DNA of 64,000 nucleotides from Gnetum montanum (lineage: Eukaryota; Plantae; Gnetophyta), in the NCBI GenBank assembly GCA_015680685.1, contig MNCI01000668.1, positions 1,296,715 to 1,360,714 on the forward strand. The letters are read 5' to 3'. The notes below the pieces were generated by a model. The model ran no database searches. It was not told the origin of the DNA and was given only the letters and a program-made list of their open reading frames with translations. Both the position numbers and the translations under genes were made by a program. This document shows, one piece after another, positions 26,950 through 40,647 of the stretch; position 1 is the stretch's first letter, and every line of letters starts with the position of its first letter.

Positions 26950-28826
26950 TATCAGAATGTAAATATGTGGTGTGTCAGACTAGTGACTAGTGTGGATAAT
27001 GTATTCTTCTTTCCATTAAAATTGAAATTTATCCAAATGGGCCCAAGTGTAGTTGATTAAAATAGAGGACCTTAATGCAAGGTTTGAAATCAAACTCTCT
27101 TGCACAAACATCATGGTAAGCCTTAGTATAGGAATGTTCTAACTGATTTCACATTAAGATGATTCTACAATTCTCATTGAAAAGGTTAAGGTTAATCAAC
27201 CTATATTTTTGGGTAGAATCTAAGGTTATATTAGAATCTGTGATGCTACCCAAGATTCTCATTTCAAGATTAATAGGAAAGCATGGAACCTCTCTATAGA
27301 CCAACTCAAATGACATCTAACTAATAAGAGTTTTCCATGCCATCTAATAAGCCCAAATAGCATCATTTAGTTTGTTGGCCTAGTTCGTTCTATATCTACT
27401 ATCCATCTTCTTAAGTATTTTAGCCATTTCATGGTTAGTAACTTTCACTTGATCATTGGCCTATGAGTGATAAGGAGAATTTAACTTATGATTAACTCCA
27501 TAATATTTTAATAAATTCTTAAAAACCATACCAATAATATGTGTACCATTATCAGAGATTAAGATTTGAGGGATACCAAACTTATGGAGCACATTGTTCT
27601 AAAGGAAGTTTGCTATAGTAGCAAATGAGTAATCTTTAAGAACAATGGCTTTTGCCTAGTTATTGCAATAGTCTACACATACAATAATGTATGCCTTGTC
27701 ATTAGAGGTTAATGAAATAAAACCAATGAAATCAATCCCCCACATGTGTAATAACTCTAGTGGTTGAATTTACTATTGTAGTTTCTTCATATGCGCAAAC
27801 ATACCTTCCTTGCATTAGCACTTATTGCAACAACATAAAAAGTATTAAATATCATAGAACATAATGAGTTAAAAATATACCATGAGTAGCAGCTTCATCA
27901 TGAACCTCTTTCTAGCATAATTCCCACCACACATGCCATAGTGTGCATGAGCCAAGATGATACCTTGGCTATTTTCATAACCAAGTAAGGCCTCACCTAG
28001 TGTTGAAATCATTGGATCTTATATTTATCCCATGCATGACAAAGCTTCTGGGCCACCAAGTCATTAAGAATGTCCATAAACCATGGCCATTCACATCTTC
28101 TTTTCGAGTTAAACATGACCTTACAAATGTCTTCACCTATAAAGTCATTCAAAAGCACATCTTCTTCATTATTGCAAATTCATAACTATGATAGGTGATC
28201 TTCTACCATGTTCTTAACTCCCTTGCAATCAATCATGTGAAGATCAAATTCTTGTAAGAGAAACAACCATCAAAGCATACAAGGACTAACATCCAGCTTT
28301 TTCATGAGAAACCATATGGTGCTATGATTAATGTAAATGAAGATTTTTCACTCCAAAAAATAATACCAAAATTTTTAGAGTGCAAAAATGATGATCATTA
28401 GATCCTTCTCTGTGTTGGTGTAATTTACTTGAGACCCCATAATGCTTCTGCTAGCACAATGGATGTAGTAGGGCCTCTTCTTCTCATTAAAGTACATTAG
28501 GATAACACCAACTACAAAATCAAAGCATCTATCATTATGTAAAATGCTTGAGTCTAACTGAGACTTTACAACACAAGAGTTTGGGTTAGTATTTTCTTCA
28601 AACATTAGAAGGCATTTTCACAGTTCTTGTTCCATAAGGATAAATCATCCTTCTTTAGTAGCTCAAATACAAGCTCAGCTATTCTAGAATAATCTTTAAT
28701 GAATTGATGATAATAACCAATGTAACAAAATCATAGGTATTTGCATCATGTTCCTGATGATGCAAATCATATTAAGATTAATTCAATCCCCATCTTAGAA
28801 AATTTATGGCTAAGAATAATGCCCTT
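26950..28826 (-). pseudogene. RT C-terminus, RNase H and integrase
   Basis: IGYYHQFIKDYSRIA; IHCASRS..QVNYTNTEKDL; HAHYGMCGGNY; MWGIDFIG; IIVCVDYCN; FGIPQILISDNGTH; SPYHS.ANDQVKVTNHE. Confidence 0.9.
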
Positions 28827-30570
28827 TGAAACACCACAAAATTTTAGCTTAGACACTTTGAAACAAGAACTACTCAAGCTCTTTCTGCATTCAAGAGGCA
28901 AAAACTTGACTAAGGCATGGAACTCAAGCTAGCTTGCTCATGCTATCAAGCTAGCTTGCCCTCAACATGACCAACCTTGACAGCTTCTAAATTAGGTCAA
29001 AATGGTCCTAATTTTAATGGGCAAGACCCCCTTGGGGCCCACTAATGACTACTCCAAGTTTCAGCATCCAAAACCCAAGATTTCAAGTTAGAATCGCACA
29101 AATCTTGCTACTCACATTGAGGTCACCCTGAGGTCATGCTGCCCAGTGTGAGTACAGCTTGACCAACTTTCAAAGCCCTGAAACCAAGTTCAAACAGTTT
29201 GAATTTGAGCACATGGACTCCCCTCAAGCTTCATTGATGTTCATTGTAGCTCTCGGCCTCTAGAACCTCAAAAATTGAGCTCAAAACCACATGATTTGTT
29301 TACTCACACCCAAGTCATGCTGGGGTCATGCTGACAGCATGAGCCCAACGTGACCAAATAAAAATAGATCAAATCAAGTAGTCCCAAGCACAATTTTTAG
29401 CATCAACTCAACCCCCAAGGATGGGCAATAGTTCTACTTGTTCGTAGGCTCCAGAAAATCAAAATTTGGGCATGAAACACGGCATTCTGGCTTGGTCACA
29501 CTGTGGTCATGCTGATAGCATGAGCCCAGCGTGACTTGTCAAAAGTGGCTCAAATCAACACAAGGATAGAATTAAATTCAACATCCAGGCCACCCTGGGG
29601 AGCAAGTAGTAGTTGCACTTCAAAGAACAGGCATCAAAGGTCAAAATTTAACTCAAAATATATCACTTCCAGTTGGTCACGCTGAGGTCACAATGGGGTC
29701 ATGCTGAGGTCACACTGACAAAGTGAGCCCAGCGTGAGCTACCAAAAGTGGCCCAAATCCAAGCACAGACAGGCCCAAATTAAACATGTAGGATGCCCTC
29801 AAGATCAGGTAGCAGTTACACTTTGAAAAAAAGTCTTAAAGGTGGAATTTCGACACAAAACGTATCATTTTTGGTCATGCACGCTGAGGTCACGCTGGCA
29901 GCATGAGTCCAACGTGAGCACTGGTCACAACCAAGCAAAAGCACTTCTGACGCACGCTGAGGACATGCTAGGACCAAATCAACTCACACTGGGAGCCCTA
30001 GTGAAGTAGAGATTCCTCAAACAGCCACCGAACCACTCAAATTGACATCCTACAACAATCGATTCAAAGGACCATGAAGTTTCAAGCAAGCCGAAGTCAA
30101 TCCCTCTTGGAATTCATTGTAAATTTTCATTGTAATCCTCACCATTTGTGAGCTTGTCAAGCTCTTATGCTACTTCCATGGGTGTAAGCTAGCTTGCGAT
30201 TGTAAAATACAGTGCACTCAATCTAGAACATAGTCGGCCCATGTACACCTATCACGCGATCTGTTTTTCGCGAATCTCACAACCATTGACCTCATTCGCA
30301 AATCCTACTTCTAAGCCTAGAAAAATGTATAAATACCTTTTTGAAAAATTTTGAAAAAGAAAACCAATAATCCTGAGCCTAGATGCACGTGATTCCCAGC
30401 ACCTGTGAACACTTCACATCACATCGGAGCTTAATGTTCAACTTGCAATGCAACTACGTTTTGACCAGTGCACATCTTGTTAATCAATACAACATTGTTC
30501 ATTTTTTTGACCTTTTTTTGTGCTATTCTGGTTTTATGGGTTTGATTTCTGTTTCTACGCTGACCCCTAA
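28827..30570 (+). repeat. LTR E: 3'-truncated Tat/Ogre-like LTR related to the LTR of element F
   Basis: Starts TGAAACACCACAAAA like 58812 and shares TGCAACTACG.TTTGACC.GTGCACATCTT (30449 vs 59941). Cuts the D RT at 28826. Confidence 0.85.
28930..29970. repeat. Tandem array of ~180-203 bp units with palindromic 11-mer cores
   Basis: Core GGTCA(T/C)(G/A)CTG starts at 29132, 29324, 29505, 29708 and 29888 (spacings 192, 181, 203, 180). Each is followed by an inverted CAGCGTGACC-like copy. Confidence 0.9.
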
Positions 30571-30910
30571 AGAGATGATCATCCATGTCATGACCTAATG
30601 TTGAAGGAGTAGAGGAAGAGAAAGAGTCAAAAGACTTGTCATGACTTTTGTCAGTCTCCCAATCATCCTTGGATAAATTTTTCTTAATTATTGAGAAGGT
30701 CCCAGGTCTTACGAGCCCCCTCATTCTATGGGATGTCCCATCCTTGCTAGAGGTGTCAGAGTTAGATGACAAGAGTCCTTGAGTATCATTGGGGTTTCTA
30801 TGAACATATGAAACTCCTGCATAAGATTGAGTACTCCAAACTTCTTCGTTAGTTCTCCAATGAATTGCCTTCCTAGATGTTGCATTATCACTATCTTGTG
30901 AAAGAGACAT
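30570..30910 (-). pseudogene. N-terminal gag fragment of element G
   Basis: ATG ~120 bp downstream of the PBS; S/D-rich ORF that runs into LTR E at ~30570. Confidence 0.55.
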
Positions 30911-31029
30911 GGTTGTGAACCGTGTGTGACTTAATTGAATTTAATTTAATTTATTTTCTAAAGGATATATCATTAATACTTGTTATAGTGATCTTGTATG
31001 ATATAACTGATCTAAATAACTAGCACCAT

Positions 31030-31047
31030 TCCCTGGCAACAGTGCTA
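31030..31047 (-). promoter_or_regulatory. tRNA-Asp PBS of element G
   Basis: Minus strand TAGCACTGTTGCCAGGGA next to the LTR end. Confidence 0.75.
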
Positions 31048-31048
31048 G

Positions 31049-31697
31049 TGATGAGTGGCCAAGTACCCCTACACTCAACCATACGAATATGAGTGTTCAT
31101 GCACGATCCAATCGATCTTCGCAGATAGGCTAGTTGTGGTATCTAGATAGTTACACATTGATCACAATTCACTATCTTCCCACCTGGACTAGTATTTGCT
31201 TTTTCATGTATGGTTTAGTCCAGAGTGAGGTGTATGATGTGATCCTAAACTAGTGCTACTCCTAGAGACAATGGAACATAATCTTGATTAAACTAATAAG
31301 CAATAGGAAATGAAGTCTAAGCTATCCTAAGTGTGATNNNNNNNTAAATAAATATTAACTAAGAAAATAATAAATAACAATAATAATTAAATAATTAAAA
31401 CTAAGTGAATGCTGCAATGATGAAGTAATCTCGATCTTTATTTCTGGTCATGTGCATGTCCAAGTAAGTCACACTCGAATAATGGTGCCATATAATTACA
31501 AGCATCACACTGCGGGCATGCACTTGGGAAAATAGTCTAACTCCTACAGAAACAAACTACAAGGGCTTTGCTACAACTACTAGAAAGATCCTAAGTGTGG
31601 TGGAAGCCCACTTATTTATAGGCTAAAATAGGTTCCGTGTATACGGGAACCCATATACGTGGCCTAGTCGACGCATCGACTATTTAGTGCTTCATCA
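31049..31697 (-). repeat. 5' LTR of element G
   Basis: TGATGAGTGGCCAAGTACCCCTACACTC closely matches the A LTR terminus. Other end is TTCATCA at 31697. TATA at ~31614. Short N run inside. Confidence 0.85.
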
Positions 31698-31699
31698 CA

Positions 31700-34250
31700 T
31701 AGCATTAATAATGCTTAGCCAAGTTTTTTCCATGACAACAAGAAAGTTGTCTCTCACATTATTCCCTAGTTTAATTACCAAAAATTATTTAGGATACAAC
31801 CATCCCACCAAAGTTATCATAACATCATTCACATATTCCATGAGGTACATGTAGCATTGGTTCACCACCTCTAACCTAATATTATTAGTTTTAAGAGAGG
31901 AAAGCTTTCAATCAAGGTACTATTGTAATGAAAAGATACCCCTAAATTGGAGTCACAAAGAGCTAGGTAGTGATCCTTCTCGCTAATTTGGATCTCCATC
32001 ATGGGTCTACTAGATTTATCTTCTTTTTTTACAAATGACCCTCTTTCACTACCTACATGACTACCTTAGACATCATAATGGTTATAACACTACTATCATT
32101 GGGTGTCATCATGCTTGACTAGCTAGATATAGTTAAAGAAACATTTTCTAAAGTGGATGTTTCATGTTGATAGTAGGGAATGGGATAAGAATCTCTTAGA
32201 TTCAAACTTCTACTCTACTATAAGAATTATCTTCTCCATATAAGGAAGAGGATAGAGTAGACCTAGCCCCAAGGCATTCACATATGTGCTTACAAAAAAT
32301 TTTCTTGCCATGTAATCTCAAATTTTTCTCTACAATCATATTAATTGGAGCTTGGTAATATTTTTTAGCAACATAAGTGGAAGCTAGATTAGCATAGTAG
32401 GCAACATCACAAGGTTTGAATTACCATTTTTATAGTTGACTAGGGATCCAACCTTATATAAGGTAAAGTGGTAAAAACTGTAGTTACTAATGTGGAGCTT
32501 ATAAGGTAGGATTAATTAAGGAAAGTTGGTATTTCTTAGGAGTCATTTTTTGAAATTGATAATTACCTACTTCGATACCCTAAGAGTAGGGATTTGGAAA
32601 ATACACCATCTATTGTTTCATTATAATTGAGGATCATAGAGTAGCACCCCAAGAATTTGAAGTTTTCCACTATGGATACTACTCCATGGTTTGTGGCTAC
32701 ATACCTCTAAGATAATACACATGCCATAGAAGGGAGTACTCCTTGTTTTCCTCCTAACAAAATTAGGATTTGAAGGCATCCCAACTTATTCTATTTTACC
32801 AATCATGTGGGCTATGACTGGGTAGCATTGTAAGTTATGAGGATTTACATAATACTCAGAAGGACTCTTATCACTGGAGGATGATGAAGCCTCATCTAAA
32901 CCTTCTCTAATGTCCTTGGATGAAGAGAGCTTTCCTTTGCCCTTGTCTTCATATTTCTTTCTACACCTAGATGGTATAACTACTTTCACCACCTAGGTGA
33001 CTAATGATTTTCTCATCCATCACATCCCAAACCTAGTCCAGTTGATGGGAGAAGTCCTTCATGGCCTTATGGGTTCTAACTTGATCTCACATCAAGGCCT
33101 TAATACTAGTAGAAGGTTTGGTTATACCATCATTGATTTTGATCTTCCTTCTATGTGTCATTTTTCCAATTCATCTTTCATGCTAGCAAGGATATCTAAA
33201 AGCACTTTAATTTGGGCCATGGACTTTTTATACCTAGTCCATTACATACATGTCAAATTACTTCTTTTTCCCTAGCCTCAATCCCTCCATAATATGAATC
33301 AATTACTCTCTTTGGCTATAGCCATGGTTCAAATAGTGATGGATTGTTTTTAGATATCTCTCCATGGTAATGTCTAGTATTTCATGAGCTCCATATCTCC
33401 ACCCAATCATCTCCTTATAAACATTAGAAATTCCTTCTAGGTTTGGAATTTGGCATAAAAGATCATAACCATGTCCATCCATTTCTAAATTTATCTAGGT
33501 AGCAAGGATTTGTGCCAAGTTTCTTCTTACTCCATGAAGGTTTGTGGAAATAACCACAACTTTTACCAATTACTAATGATCCCTTACAAATATAAAGCAT
33601 TATCAAATGTCTACACATGGAGTTGGGGATCACTACAATTATACCCTTTATATGATGGGATATCGACCATGTTAATTTTTTTAATCCTACTATCACAAAA
33701 ATGCTCCCAAGGAAAATAAACATTTTTTCTAAGTTGATGATAATCTCCATAGTCAAATAAGGGGGGATCATTATCATCAAAGGATCTTGATAGATGAAGA
33801 TGTTGCAACCAAGAGAGGAGATCACCCCCATGGGTTCTGGCTTTAGTTATATTAATGGTTCCAAACTATGGGCCTTCATGAAAAATTTACCTTGTTCCAT
33901 TGATGTTATCTTTCTAATCCTACTTTTCATCAAAGTAATTAGATTAAAAGCCATGTTGAGCCAGCTCTTCCATCATCTAGTCTCGAAGCTTCTACTTTAT
34001 ATGAGGTTCATAGTCACTAAATTTTAACTCTAAAGCCTTATAAAATATAGTAATTCCTGTAGCTCAAGGTTGATTAGAATCTCTTCTAGATGTCCTACCA
34101 TAGCCATGACCAAATTTCTTAAGACGTTTCCATGTGTCACACCACTTCCCCTGCTTATCCAAATGGTAAGTCAAGATAACTAGTAATAAAGTTGGATCAT
34201 CTAAATGCTCAAAGATAATAAATTTTTTTTAATGTTTTGATACATTTTTT
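31700..34250 (-). pseudogene. Element H: decayed Athila-like gag-protease interrupted by G
   Basis: NMVDIPSYKGYN..DPQLHV (gag) and LMEYVNDVMITLVGWLYP..FLVIKL (protease C-half), cut at the G LTR. Confidence 0.7.
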
Positions 34251-34289
34251 GAGATCCTTCATGAGCTCTTAGCATCATCCACCATCTCA

Positions 34290-35680
34290 CCTATGTTCTA
34301 AACCTACATACAACACTAAGAAACATGCATACTAGATCAATAATTATTAAATTTAACATTGTAGAAGTATTCCCAAGTAATTCACCAATACCTTCCTTAG
34401 CAACAATGCCAATGATAGGTGTGTCACCAATTTTGGATACGTGAAATATATCATTCGAATCAAAGTGTGATTTGGTCATAAGCTTCGAAGACAATGTTAT
34501 GTGGGTTGCCAAGAACACTTGTCATTATTTTTATATTTAAGAAATATAAAAGATATTATAATACATATGTTCTAAATAAAACCCATGTTATCATGATAAG
34601 AGAAAGAGAGAGAGAAATATCTATAATTTTACATTTTATGATTTTTATGGATTTTGGAATTATAAATAAGAAAATAATAAATAACACACATGCGTCACTA
34701 TCCCTTTTGGGAATAGGTGAAATGCTCATGTTGCAATCCCTCTTGGGGATAGGTGCAACACCACATATGAAATGTAACAAAAATAGCTCTTACTCACAAT
34801 CTTAATGGCGCAACACCATGTTATATATTTATGACTTTCTTGGGTAAGGTGAATCGTCACAACTTAGGAAAATGAGAATTAAATAGATATTTTTCTTGTT
34901 TTTAGTATTTTATGAATTTTTTAGTATTTTAATGTTTAAGCCATCAATGGTGAAACAAGAAACAATCATAAGCTTTATCCACTAAGTAAACACTAAACTC
35001 TGCTTCAACCAACTAGTTCTAGGCTACATAAGAATGGTAGCACTCTAATACAATCTAGTTACACTTGTAAAAGAGACAATTCAAAATGCATACAAGACAA
35101 GGAAAGGAATTAACTTATTCAAAGAAGAAAGAACTCTTCATACAAACTAGATACTAAAAGCTCTAAGTAATACCTAAGTATGAATTGCTTGTATGAGATA
35201 ACTCACATTGAGTATTTATAGTTTTTGCTTGGAAATGGAGAGGGTTCGTCAATGCCTAAGCATCAATGGAGGCTCATCAATAGAACCTAAACTAACCCAA
35301 ATAATTTAAACAATAAGTTAGGTGAACCAGGCCTATAGGATGTGCATCAACATCCTTGCACTGATGTAGGGGTTGTGTTGATGCAAGGTAGCTAGTGCAG
35401 CCTTCCAAAATTATACTTTTCTTTCTCAACTCTAGATGTAAGCCAAAACTTGAGAAAACATGTCGAAAGGGCCCTAAGACATTCAAATGAAGCTAGAATC
35501 ATTCTAGAAATATTGAGATTATTCATGCAACCTTGGAGTGTGACCCAAGGCATAGGGACACATCTTGAAAAGCCAATAACCTCTACCAAAAATACTAGAC
35601 TATACACACATGGCTCATGAAACACTTCCTAGATTTAGGGCTGAAAATTGACATACATATTTCCACTAGATGCCTCATCA
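34290..35680 (-). repeat. LTR-like segment
   Basis: Ends CTCATCA at 35680; TATA-like motif at ~35213; internal duplicate TCCC.TT.GGG.ATAGGTG; non-coding. Confidence 0.4.
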
Positions 35681-35749
35681 AGTTTCTTCACTAAGTCAAG
35701 AATTACATGGAGATAGAGGACAATCTCTATAAGATCGACATAGATTAGT

Positions 35750-36567
35750 CTGTGGATGATGCATGCTTAATAAAGATTAAATTAGAATTCTCAAAGATGC
35801 ACACAAAAAGCCTTATAGAGATTGTTATGCAAGTAGGAGAATAGTTGTCAAAATCCTCATAAAATGATACTTTTGGTCTATAATCTTTAGGGTTGAACAT
35901 CTCTTTGTCAACTCATGTAAATGATGCTAAAGAGATGGAGGAATTACTATAATACTAGATAGTTCTCAATAATGAATCCAACCATTAGAATCTTTTGATC
36001 TATGTGAAATTAATTTTATGATCCCATTTCATTCATGTCTAATGGGAAATTCTACATCATCATAGTGGTGCATTGTTACATGAAATTGATAAAGGTTATA
36101 GTAGTAATAGATTCTACATCCACCACTACAGTTAAGTTTCTTTAACAAAGTGTGGTAAATAGGTTTAGTATGCCTAGGGCACTTATTTTTTAATATGGAG
36201 TCCACTTTAAATATGCTACTTTTATAACATTAAATAAATACTTAGGGCTATAACTTAAACTAATAACACCATATTACCCCCAAGAAAATGGTCAAGCAAA
36301 AGTAATAAATAGGAAAATCATGTGAATTCTTACTAAAACCATTAGTAGGTACAGGCATGAAACTCAACAATGCCTTATAGACCTACCACTCTATTTTAAA
36401 AGTCCCTATAAGCTACTTTCCCTATGATTTATTATATGATAAGTTGCCAAAACTTTCCATAAAAGAATAATTATGTATAGTCAACATGGCTTATGAGTTT
36501 AACCTCAACATTAGTTTGGTGTAAAAATAACATCTACTATATACTCACTACTCATCATTTTCGAGGA
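35750..36567 (+). pseudogene. Orphan non-chromovirus gypsy integrase core
   Basis: QPLESFDLCEINFMIPF (decayed WGIDFMGPF) and TPYYPQENGQAKVINRKI; cut by the B LTR. Confidence 0.8.
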
Positions 36568-37374
36568 TGATGAGCACTGAGTATACCCTACACATAACCA
36601 TATAAATTACAAGAATTCACATGCAATTTGGTTGAATTCCACAAACTTTAGCTCTCTAAATGCACAATATCTAGGATAGTGAATCTAGGGACACAATCAT
36701 TACCTTCTTGGTTCCACTTGTATAAGTACAAGTGTATGGTTAATTGTAATCAAAGCACATGATTTGTATGATTTTATATTTTTTTTAATTTTTTCCTAAG
36801 TGTAAAATGAAGTAATTAAGTATTGATTAATCTAGTAAACTATCTAATGTCTTAAACTAGTTCCTAACATAAGCATTCGATCCCACGTACCATACACATC
36901 TTGAATGCGTTATAATGCTACTAGGTTACCAAGTGCTAGCACTACTAGGATTACCAAGCATTAACATTATGTTTGAGGTGGTTGTAATTATGTGTATTAA
37001 TTAATATTATTTAATTAACTAAGGACATGAAAGTAAATTACATGAATAATAAAGTGCATTAAAGTAAACATTAAGGTATTTCCAATAAGTTCGTCTTTAT
37101 TTCCATCACACTGAAGTATCTAGGTACATCAATGCTCAAATTGGGATCCATAAACTTCTTGAATCCTACTACAAGCACTTAGAAAATATTCTAACTTTCA
37201 CAGAAACAAACTGCAAAGCCTTCACTAACTATTGACTTAACAATGCCATGAATGTGGTGGGTGCACGCATTTATATAGCTAGACAAAGATGCCATGTTAA
37301 TTCATCAAATCATTTGTCGACAAGGATGCATTGACACATGCCCATCAATACAATTAACTAATGATGTTTTATCA
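36568..37374 (-). repeat. 3' LTR of element B
   Basis: TGATGAG...TTATCA, followed by the PPT complement TACCCCCATGAC; aligns end to end with 44903-45706. Confidence 0.9.
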
Positions 37375-37579
37375 TACCCCCATGACTAATTGAAAACTTC
37401 TCCTTGAGTGAACAAAAGGAGCATTGAGCTTCTTACAAAGTTAGGAAGGTATGGAACATCGATTAATTAACACAAACTAAATTGATGCTAAGTGCTCAAG
37501 TATATGGATTGATAATGTTTTATAAAAATCAATGTTCATGAAAAAAAATTTAACACATTTACAAAATTTGAAACTAGAC

Positions 37580-40381
37580 TCCTCTAATGGTCAAAGATGA
37601 GAAGAAGATCAAACATTCCTAGGAGGTGGAGGCTCCTGAGGTGCTAAAAGAGTTTTCCCTTCCTCTAGTGCACATGGTGGTTGATACTAAGGTTGTTACA
37701 ACTATCCTGTTATAGCTGTTGCTTCTAATAGAGGATGAAAAGCATCTAGTAATGCTTTAATTTTCTCCTCCTTAGATAGGGAATCATACAAAATCCACAT
37801 AGCATTACCAATGTGAGTTGGTATAGGAACATCTCATGAACAAGGAATGGCTAGGAACAACTCCTTAACATTCATGAATAAGGTGGTGGATTGTTTGCAT
37901 TTGATGTCGAATGCTTTGATAGAATTTTGCAGTGCTTGGTAGTCATTCATTCTCTTGGTCAGATTCTCCACAACTTATAGTTGATCTATGAAGCCCGTGT
38001 GAAAAACATCAAGCTCAACATTAGCTATTTCTAGCTTTTAATTTATGCCCGTGTGGTGCTTGAACTCTACCTTGTACAAGAGGTCAGAGCTGGCCACTTG
38101 CTTTGCAAGTTTTGACCTTGGCCTTTTAGCAATCAGTATTACCAAGTTTACATTCTGAAGGTTAGTTAGCTTCATATCCTTTATAATCTCTTTTATCTGC
38201 AACTCCTTGAGGCAGATTTTGATCTTTTTCTATACTTTGAGTTCATCAAAGATGAGTTGCCACATGTCATCTCCCTATTGGAGTTACTGGAGGGCCTCAT
38301 TGACTTTTGTCTTTGCCAATTGAATCTCTTCTTCATTCATCTCCTTGATGAGCCTAACCTAGTGCTTGTAATGTATTTCCACTCATTCAAATTTCAACGC
38401 CTCATTCTTTTAGGTAACTACTCAATTGCTATTTTCTGGTAAAGGGCATGAACCTCCTCCATCAAGAGATTGTGATTCTCAACAACCAACCTCATCAAAT
38501 CCATATTCACCTTGGAAAGCTACTCCTACTATTGTTGCATAAATTCTAGCATTTGTTCTTTTTATGTCTTGACATTCTACAGGTGATGAATTTCTTTGTT
38601 CAAAACTACATTCTCCTTGTGGACTTCCAACAAGTCCTTCTTGGTGTTATAGGTTACAGCCTCTGAGAAGGATGCATCAAAGACCACCTCCTCCTTTTCT
38701 CTCTCAACCTCTCTTAACTTCAATAGAAGATATAGAAAAGCTTCATCCTTTGTCACACCCTAGCTAAGAGTAATGGGATCAACTAACTGAGCTCTTAATT
38801 CTGTAACCTCAATAGCCGTCTATTTTTAAAAGTGGTTGTCTCAAGTTGGACATTGATGATGATGATCTTGCCCTTAGCTTCAAGTAGCTCTAACTTAGTT
38901 GTAGTGATGGAACCCAAGAGATTAAAAAACTTCAGAAGTGGTTTTCCAACTCATGCCAGTTGGTCTAGTAACTCTTCATGTTGGGCTATGCTAAATTTTC
39001 CACTTGCTTCTCCTACAGACATTTGTACATCCTTAAGTGTAGTGGTATTAGGCACAAAGGCCGCAGGAGCATTAAGTGCCTCTACCACATGGTCAGCCAC
39101 CACCTCTATCACTATCTCCTACCCTTGGTGCTACATCATCAAGATAGTTGTCCCCTCACCATCCTTCAAATGCATCAAGAAAGTGATAGTATTTCCAGAA
39201 ATTTTGAGGAATTATTATTGTCTTAAGAATGACAATGTCATTTCCTGGCTACTAGAATTCAACCTTGTGGGCACTTTCATCCTTTGGACAGAAAATAATG
39301 GCATAGTCTCCTCTAGCTTGCTAATGGTTCTAGGGAATTTCTTCAAATGGCTCATAGTTGGCTTATAGAATGATGGGTTACGCTCACTCTGTCCTACCTA
39401 CTACTACTATAGGAGTTACTCATGGAGCTTGTGCATGCACTCAATGACAGCATGAGCCTCCAACATTATTTCTTCATGAGTGGGTAGTGGTGGTGCCTAC
39501 TCCTTTTCTTGTAGCTTGGTGGGTTTCTTATCCTTCATCATCGCTTACCAAAAGATAGCAAGAGTATGATAAAGGGTGTCATTAGTGTAGTGAGCTATGC
39601 CTCCCCTTTTATATATTTTTCTAATTAAGCACGAAATGTGGTGTGTCTTTCTCTCACATTCATCCTCTTTGAAGTTCTTCTCAATTTTGAGGAATATGAG
39701 CTATAGAAGATAGGTTGAAATTTAAAAATATGCCTTCTTTTCCTTGGTGAGTGCATTGTACTCCTTACAGTCCACTCCGTGGCACTGTTGGATCCATTTT
39801 TTCTTCACTTTGGGATTTTCCTGCATGGAAACTTCTACTAAGTTTGCCCTAGTGTATGGCAATGCAAGGACCTCTACAATGACCTCCATAGAGTAGGACA
39901 TACTAATGTCCTTTATTTTCACCATGGCATCCACTTTCCTGTTGCCCTAGAAGAAGTATGTCTCCCCCATGTACCACTCCTTAATATAAGTGAGGATAGG
40001 CCACATGGGAGAGATCTGCAATTGTGATTTGACTTCTTCTAGTGTCAAGTCTAGGAAAGGACCAAAGTTTAGTTCTTGAAGAATCATACTTTGGATGTCC
40101 TTGGCACAAATATGTTTTAGGAAAGCTTTCCTTAAAGTGACTTCTAGGTTCGATCCTAGCTAAGACATCTTGTCATGTTGCAATTAGCTTATTTCAATGA
40201 TGGGAATCTATTAGATAGACTCCACTTCAAGCTCCTCCCCAAGAGCTTTAGTTGCATGCATCTCTATTGCTTCCCATTAGGGCTATTGCTACTATTGATC
40301 CCTTCCTCCTCTAGGTTTTTTTTTCCTTGATTGGAATTATCCTTCCTCCTGTAAACATTTATCCCTTGTTCTAGGTGTCAT
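37580..40381 (-). pseudogene. env-like / Athila 3' ORF of element B
   Basis: Begins TTACAG|ATG ACA CCT AGA. Contains VKIKDISMSYSMEVIVEVLALP and a downstream K/E-rich coiled-coil-like region (~37900-38700). Many stops. Confidence 0.65.
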
Positions 40382-40647
40382 CTGTAATCACAACATGGCC
40401 AAAGATTAGCATTTAATGTGTAACTCAGATAGTTTGATATCATGTCTCCTTTAATCAATTACACTTAGGATAAGTTGTGATTATAGTGGATTGATTATTT
40501 TAATATTATTATATTATCATTTTATTTCGATAGATACCAGAGTTCATTGGGAAGGTTTATCTTTCACGAGTTAGTGATTTTTAATATTATTTTATTAGTT
40601 GAACCTTAAGAGAGTTAGAAAAATTACAAAAAATTTTATGTCAAAAA

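Larger units (their letters stand above)
26165..31697 (-). mobile_element. Element G/D: Athila-like element split by LTR E and an internal deletion
   Basis: 5' LTR, PBS and gag start at 30570-31697; RT end, RNase H and integrase at 26950-28826 on the same strand; PPT-adjacent-like AAAAACTCATCC at ~26180. Joining the two parts is inference. Confidence 0.6.

Noticed and set aside
28930-29970. CRISPR-like repeat-spacer appearance
   Set aside because: The spacers are ~140 bp and homologous to each other, the repeats are degenerate, the context is a plant LTR, and no cas genes are present.
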